64,000 nucleotides of DNA from Paraspadella gotoi. Lineage: Eukaryota > Animalia > Chaetognatha. The notes beneath the pieces are model-generated. The model saw nothing but the letters and a program-made list of their open reading frames with translations. It was not told where the DNA came from and ran no database searches. Within the stretch, counting starts at the first letter, position 1, and every line of letters begins with the position of its first letter. The stretch lies in the NCBI GenBank assembly GCA_051294375.1, contig CM119263.1, forward strand, positions 31,070,949-31,134,948, read 5' to 3'. Positions 57,790 through 64,000 of this stretch are shown piece by piece. The translations under genes were made by a program, and so were the position numbers.

Positions 57790-60094
57790 ATGAAAGAGTT
57801 GAAGGGACATTTCCGTGATTCCCTTCTCGCGATGCAGACGTTAAGAAGGGAACGTCTCCTTTGTGACTTGACTTTGGTGTTCGACGACGATCGGGCAGTT
57901 GCGGCGCACAAACTTGTCCTCGCCGCCGCCAGCCCTTTCTTCAAGCGCATCTTGACTGATCCGTTACTGGGAAGCCCTTCCACCATTAAGGTGTGGACAG
58001 GATAACCTTATTATATTTTAATAAAAATCATTATGAATTAATTTTATTAAAGCTGTGGTCACGAGTGATGACGTATCAGCTTCCTATTTGTCGTGTAAAT
58101 AAATTATTACGAGTGACAAGCTTAAAGAGGAATCAGCTTTTCGCGATAAGAATTTTTTAAAGTCAATTAGAATTATATAAATATTTTTAAAAATATAAAA
58201 GTGATAATTAATCAAATCACGACAATATGCAAATTAGATTAAGGACTCTATCCTATTTTGATTTTTAAGCCACAATTCATACCTCCATCCAAAGGTTCAA
58301 GGCGCCTCTGCCGAAGTGGGTCAACTCCTCGTCAACTTCGCCTACACGGCAAACCTGGATTTGAGAGCGGACAACCTCATGCTCATCCTGGACGGAGCCG
58401 AGAAGCTGGGTTTCAAGCAGGTGGAGACCCTTTGCCTGGAGGCCTTGGCCAAGTCCTCCGAATCCGTTGTTTTCCCCGAAGTCGCGTCTTCCATCGTCGT
58501 CTCCGAAGACGCAATAAACGATCCAACCGCGGAAGCGATTCTCCCTTTGCATTCGCCGGAGAAGAAAGCGATCGTCCAGGATAGCCGCGCCGGAGACGGA
58601 CGTTCGATGAAACGGACGGAACAGCCGGGATTAACCACGAAGCAGACTCCGACGCCGACCATTTTCAATTCTTTGACAATAGCTCGTCCAAATGATCAAG
58701 ATATTACTTCCACCTCGGACGTCGTAAAGTCTTCTTCCAAAAAGACAGAATGCGAGAAAACGTTGTCTCCAACTAAAATGAATTCCTCACCGGCGACGAA
58801 AGGGCAAAAGGCGCCGGATTCCTCGGCGTCAAACTGCGATCGAAATATCGGAGAAAATGAGAAAATTAAATGGAAAAAGTCGAAGGCGTCGGCGAATTTC
58901 GCCAAGAAACTCGAAAACATCGAAGATTACGAAAGCCGCGCTTCTCTCGAACACAAAGAGATTTTGACTTTGTGGCGTCGAGAACCAACGCGACAAAGAA
59001 ACGTTTCTTGCGCCATCTGTGGCCAAATGTGCGATGGAAATTTCCTCCAATTCGTGGATCATATCTTCCTCGCGCATCCGATTAACTCTGCCGCCTCTTT
59101 GCCCGTCTCTGCCCCGGCCTCTCTGCCTTTGCCCGCCTCTTTGCCCGCCTCCGCGAAAACCCGCCAAAAAAAGCCCCACTCTTGTCCTCAATGCGGAAAA
59201 CTTTTTAAATTCAAGCAAAACTTGAGTCTTCATCGTCGCAACGAACACGCCATTACGTATCCTACCTTTTCGTGCGGATTCTGCGGGAAAAGTGGATTCG
59301 CTTCTCGACAGAGTCGTCGCGATCACGAGGACCTTTGCGAAAACAACGAGACGGAGACTCATCTGAAACGAGGACAATCGACGGAGCAGCGGACGCCAGA
59401 TTCGGTTCCGTGTGAAAAATGCGACGTCTTTTTCTCCAGCGTCGAAATCCTGAAGAGACACTGGACTCGGGTTCACAAAAGAAATCAAAAAGTCGCCTGT
59501 CATTTGTGCGGAAGGGAAATCAACAAACTGCATATGCTCGCCCACGTGCGTTCCATCCACATGGGCGTAAAGGAGAAGCCGCAGCCTTGCGGAGAATGCG
59601 GCAAACTCTACAATCGCGCCGCCATGAGAATTCACAAGAACCGTGATCATCGCGGGGTGAGATTCAAGTGCCCCGAGTGTCCCGCTACGCAATCTGTTCT
59701 TTTCCCGACCCAAATCATGCTGCGGCGCCACCGCGAAGCCGTGCATCAGCGTCGCCGCTTCCGCTGCGCCGTCTGCGGAGCCGAGTTCGTCGATAAGTGC
59801 AGCTGGCGAACGCATCATCTCGCTGACCACGAGGGACTTCGTCATCCATGTCAACTCTGCGGCAAACAGTTCAAGCGGGCCGCGGATCGCAAACAGCACG
59901 TCGCCGAAGTGCACGAGGGAAAGCGGTGGACCTGTGCCTACTGTCCCAAGTCCTACTCGCAAAACGGGAACTTGTTGCTTCACGTCAAGGCCGTCCACCT
60001 TGGGATCTATGGACACAAGTGTCCTCATTGTGGAAAGGGGTTTACGAGACCCTCGATCATGCGGGATCACGTTTCGAAGGAACACGGGGACTAA
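57790..60094 (+). CDS. BTB/POZ and C2H2 zinc finger protein (paralog A, 2 exons)
   Basis: Exons 57790-57990, 58295-60094. LCDLTLVF...AHKLVLAAASPFF...FAYTANL; long C2H2 array. Confidence 0.92.
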
Positions 60095-60205
60095 CGGAGA
60101 GAGAGAGAGAGAGATATAGATTTTTTATTAAAGATTTGTTATCTTTATTTTTCTTATCAATTTTCCAGTTAATATCACGTTTTTTCTATTAAAATCATCG
60201 CCTTG

Positions 60206-63200
60206 ATGGCGTCCGGCGTTTCGCTGGCACCGACCGGCGCCGTTTACGTTCCCTCGATGACCGTGAGTCGAAGCGACTCTTACTTCTCGGACGCCTTCGC
60301 CAAGATAGACCACATGCGCCGCTCGGGGTCGCTGCTTTGCGACGTCACCATCGTCTTCGGCACGGGGACGCAGATCAAGGTTGGTTGGATATTGGATATT
60401 TTGGTTGGATATTCTGTCGTTTGGATACTTGGTTGGTCAAGTAATATTTGTTAAATTGAACATAATTTGGTTTCTATTTAGTAGTTTGTATATTTAAATG
60501 AATGGATTTGAATGTGGTTTGAAAATTTTTATAGGTTAGAATCGTATGTAATAATTTGGTTTTTATATTTGTTTGGTAGTTTGGATTTGTTGGTTTAGTT
60601 ATTTGGTTGCATTTTCAGTTGATTATTTGGTTTAACACATATTTGAGTGTTTGGTTCGGTAAGTTAATTCTATAAGCCCTCTCTCCCTCCCCATGACCTC
60701 TCTCCCAAGGCCCACAAGTTGATCCTCGCCTCTTCCTCCAAATTCTTCCGCACTCTCTTCGTGGATCCCACGCTCGGCTTCAGCTCCGTCGTTAAAGTTC
60801 AAGACTCGAGCGACGAAGTTGGGAGAATGTTGATCGATTTCGCCTACACGTCGCAACTCACCCTCACCGAGTACAACGTAATTGACGTCTTGCAAGGTGA
60901 TGGAGAGTGGGGGAAGGTGACATTGTCGTAACTCGGTCAAAGCACAATGTCGTCGACGTATTATAAAGCAAGGGGAGAACAGGGAGTACAAGGACATTGT
61001 AATTTTTCAAAGCCAGGGGAAAGTTTTATCGGAAATCAGTTATTAATGTGATTTTGGAAAAGAAAGGGAACGGGTGTACTACTTACAATGTCATTAGGTT
61101 TTGTTATCGCCACTCACAAGGACGTCAATGTCTTGCGAGGCGAGGGAAACCAGATTCCCTTTGCTGTGCTATTTTTTTGCTGTCACTCGTTGATTAATTA
61201 AGTTAAAATATTCAAGTTTTTGACACATTCTTCATATTTGTTTTTCGCAGGCGCTCAAAAACTTGGGTTCGATCAAGTGGAGTTGCTCTGTGTGGAATCT
61301 CTTCGGACCAAATTCGATCTTAACCGCGTACAGGGGATGGACCTTCCGAGTCTCCTCGATCTACTCAATCGATTCGCGCCGACGGAATTTTCCAAGAAGG
61401 GCGACGCAGGTTTGACAATTGACTGAATTGACAGATTACTGATTGACAATTGACTGGATTGACAGATTGACTGCTGAATATTGACGAATTGATGGATGGA
61501 CAAAACCGTAAATTTAATATTCACTGAATATTATTCAGTCCTCATAAATCTGAGAGATCGCATCAACGAAGAAGCCAGATTGCGTAAAATTTTCTGTTGA
61601 CAATTATGTATAGTTTGTATACTATGTAATTACTTAACTCTCCTACTTTTCAGTGACGAACGATCATGTGATGTATCCTGCCGTCTCACTCCCCGTCGAA
61701 GGAGGAGGAGGAGGAGAAGAATCTGTCTCTTTGACCGAAGTGGCGAATTCAAAAGGGGAAGCCGTCGCCATCACGTCCGAACATCAAGCGGGTGAGACTA
61801 AACTAGACTTGACAGGACTAGACAATACTAGACTAGACTATTTGTTTACCTCAAGTTTCCCGCAATTTTAACGACTCAAAATTATGATTTTCTTGAAAAC
61901 TTTACGGACGAGCGTTTTCCTTTTTAAAAGTCGATGTTGCCAAGCAACCATGTTCCGCTTCAAGTCAACAACAACAACAACAACAACCCGTCTACGTGGA
62001 ACTGACCCCGGGTCACATCGTCTTCATGACGACGACCGGTTCCATTCGAAAGATCCGACTCAGCGAAGATCGAGCTGACGAACCACCGCGGACGCTCCAA
62101 TTGAAGCCGGGCGCTCTCGACGATATCTTCCACGACCTGGCCGACGAGGGGGTCAGTAAGGATTTATATATATATTTATATATACAGTTTGAATTATTTT
62201 ACTAATCTTCAGGACGTCGTTCTCTCCGGCGAGAAAAAGCCGAAGAAAAAGTCGAGCCGCGCGGAGAAAACGAAAAAGGAAGATGGGACGACGACTCAAG
62301 TCTCGGAATTCGAGCGAAAAGTCGGAGTCTTGACTCGATTCGAGGAAAACCTCGTCGATTCGTCGCGTGAATTCATCGCCGCCTGGCAGAGCGAACCTCT
62401 CAAGCGTCGCCGCGTATCCTGCGCCCTATGCAGCGCCATCGTCGACGGGACTTACCACGACCTCATGGAGCACGTGTGGACGGAGCACGTCCCGACAGAG
62501 GGCGGGCGAAAGGCCGATCACGTCTGTCAGTTCTGCCCACGCCGTTACGCCAATCGGGCCGACCTTGTGTGTCACGTGAGGAACGTCCACGAGGGGGAGA
62601 CGTTGGATTGTCGGGTGAGAGGTAGGGGAGAGGATATTGTGGGGGGGGGAGGAAATGAGGGTTGGTGGCAAAGAGAAAAAGAGAAGAAAAGACAATGTTT
62701 AATAAGAAATAATTTACTTTACTAATTTACTTTTTCAAAGGATTTTAAAATCAAGAGTGAAAATTAATAGATGAATAAATATATAATTATTTATTATTTC
62801 CTATTGCAGCATTGCGGCCGCAAGGAATTCGCCAACAAACGGAACCTCCGCAACCATGAAACCATTTGCGACCGCAACACGACCGCCTCGGAACAAGACC
62901 GCAAGCCTTTCTGCTGCGCCGAATGCCCACGGACATTCGCCCACGCGTGGGGCCTCAAGTCTCACGTTAACCACGCCCATTCCGACCACGCCCCTTCCCG
63001 CGTCGCTTGTCCCACTTGCGCCAAGACATTCGCCAACAAGAGCGTGCTGGACACTCACGTGCGCACGGTGCATTTTGGTGAGAAGGAAACACCGCGTCCA
63101 TGTCCAGACTGCGGAAAGCCCTACACGATTCGCGCCTTAAGGGAACACCGGAAGCGCGACCATCAGGGCTTGAGATACGCCTGTCCAGATTGCGCCACCA

Positions 63201-63933
63201 CCAAACTATTTACAACGAAGATCATGTTGTCCAGACATCGAGAAGTCGTTCATCAGAAGAGAAGATTCAGGTATGTTGATGGCTTGATTGGTTGATTGGT
63301 TGATTGGGGAACTCAGACGGAGCTCTTTGTTGATAATTTACACCGTGTAAGCTATACACAAGATAATAAACTAATAATAACTAACAAATAAAATGGCAGA
63401 TGTACGTTATGCATGGCCGAGTTTGTCGATCGATGCGCTTGGAAGTTACATCACGAAGCTGAGCACGTTGGAAAAAGATATCCCTGTCCCCAGGTGAGCG
63501 ATTGCGATCGTTAAGTGATACTCACTCAACGTTCTCATTTTTCTAAAAGTCCAAAATTCTCACACTTTAGTGTCAAAAACAATTCAAACGACCGGGCGAT
63601 GTCAGGAGACACATTAAAGAAGTTCACCAGCAATTTCGATACACCTGCCAGTTTTGCGAAAAAAGTTTCAGTCAACAAGCGAAATTAAAGTTACATATTC
63701 GATCGTTACACATGGGAAATTACCCTCATATTTGCAAGTAGGTTACACCGACTTGTTTTCTAAATTAAACTTTAACATCTAACGCAAAATAAATATTTTA
63801 AATCAATATTGACAGCATTTGCGGAAAAGGATTTCTCCGGCCCAGCGTCCTCAAGAGTCACATGGAAAAGCATCATCACGTCGGCGTCATTCCAGAGGAC
63901 ATGATTCTCCTTAAACCTCTTCCTTCAAACTGA
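60206..63933 (+). CDS. BTB/POZ and C2H2 zinc finger protein (paralog B, 10 exons)
   Basis: Exons 60206-60379, 60710-60896, 61251-61409, 61654-61791, 61931-62151, 62213-62614, 62810-63270, 63400-63493, 63571-63737, 63816-63933 splice in frame; BTB and finger array are colinear with paralog A. Confidence 0.9.
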
Positions 63934-64000
63934 ATTCTCCCCCCCCCCCATCCCACAACTCTTCTTTTTTTAACATCGTGTTATTTATTAGTTGTCAAGA

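Overview
Eukaryotic (invertebrate animal-type) genomic DNA with AT-rich short introns, CpG-rich exons and two N gaps (762-1159, 5927-6026). The first ~7 kb is repeat-derived: a decayed BEL/Pao gag, a MITE and a Helentron-like element. Then come ten consecutive plus-strand housekeeping genes (DDB1 3' half, SDF4, SLC39A9, TRIP13, LEPROT-like, TCF25, ZC3H15, AFG1L, atypical PKC, TPST), GOPC on the minus strand, and ARL5, EFHD and two tandem BTB-zinc-finger paralogs on the plus strand. I reconstructed exons by eye against remembered animal orthologs; no searches were run. Most interesting: (1) operon-like spacing with apparently unpaired splice acceptors just upstream of start codons, suggesting SL trans-splicing; (2) a hidden in-phase alternative first exon that would give aPKC an MGSGCS myristoyl/palmitoyl anchor in place of its PB1 domain; (3) a duplicated, divergent alternative last exon in AFG1L; (4) a 708-bp TRIM-like LTR element with heavily structured LTRs and two solo LTRs; (5) Penelope-type hammerhead mini-elements; (6) unusually relaxed splice-site consensus; (7) recurrent decayed copies of exon ends inside the following introns.
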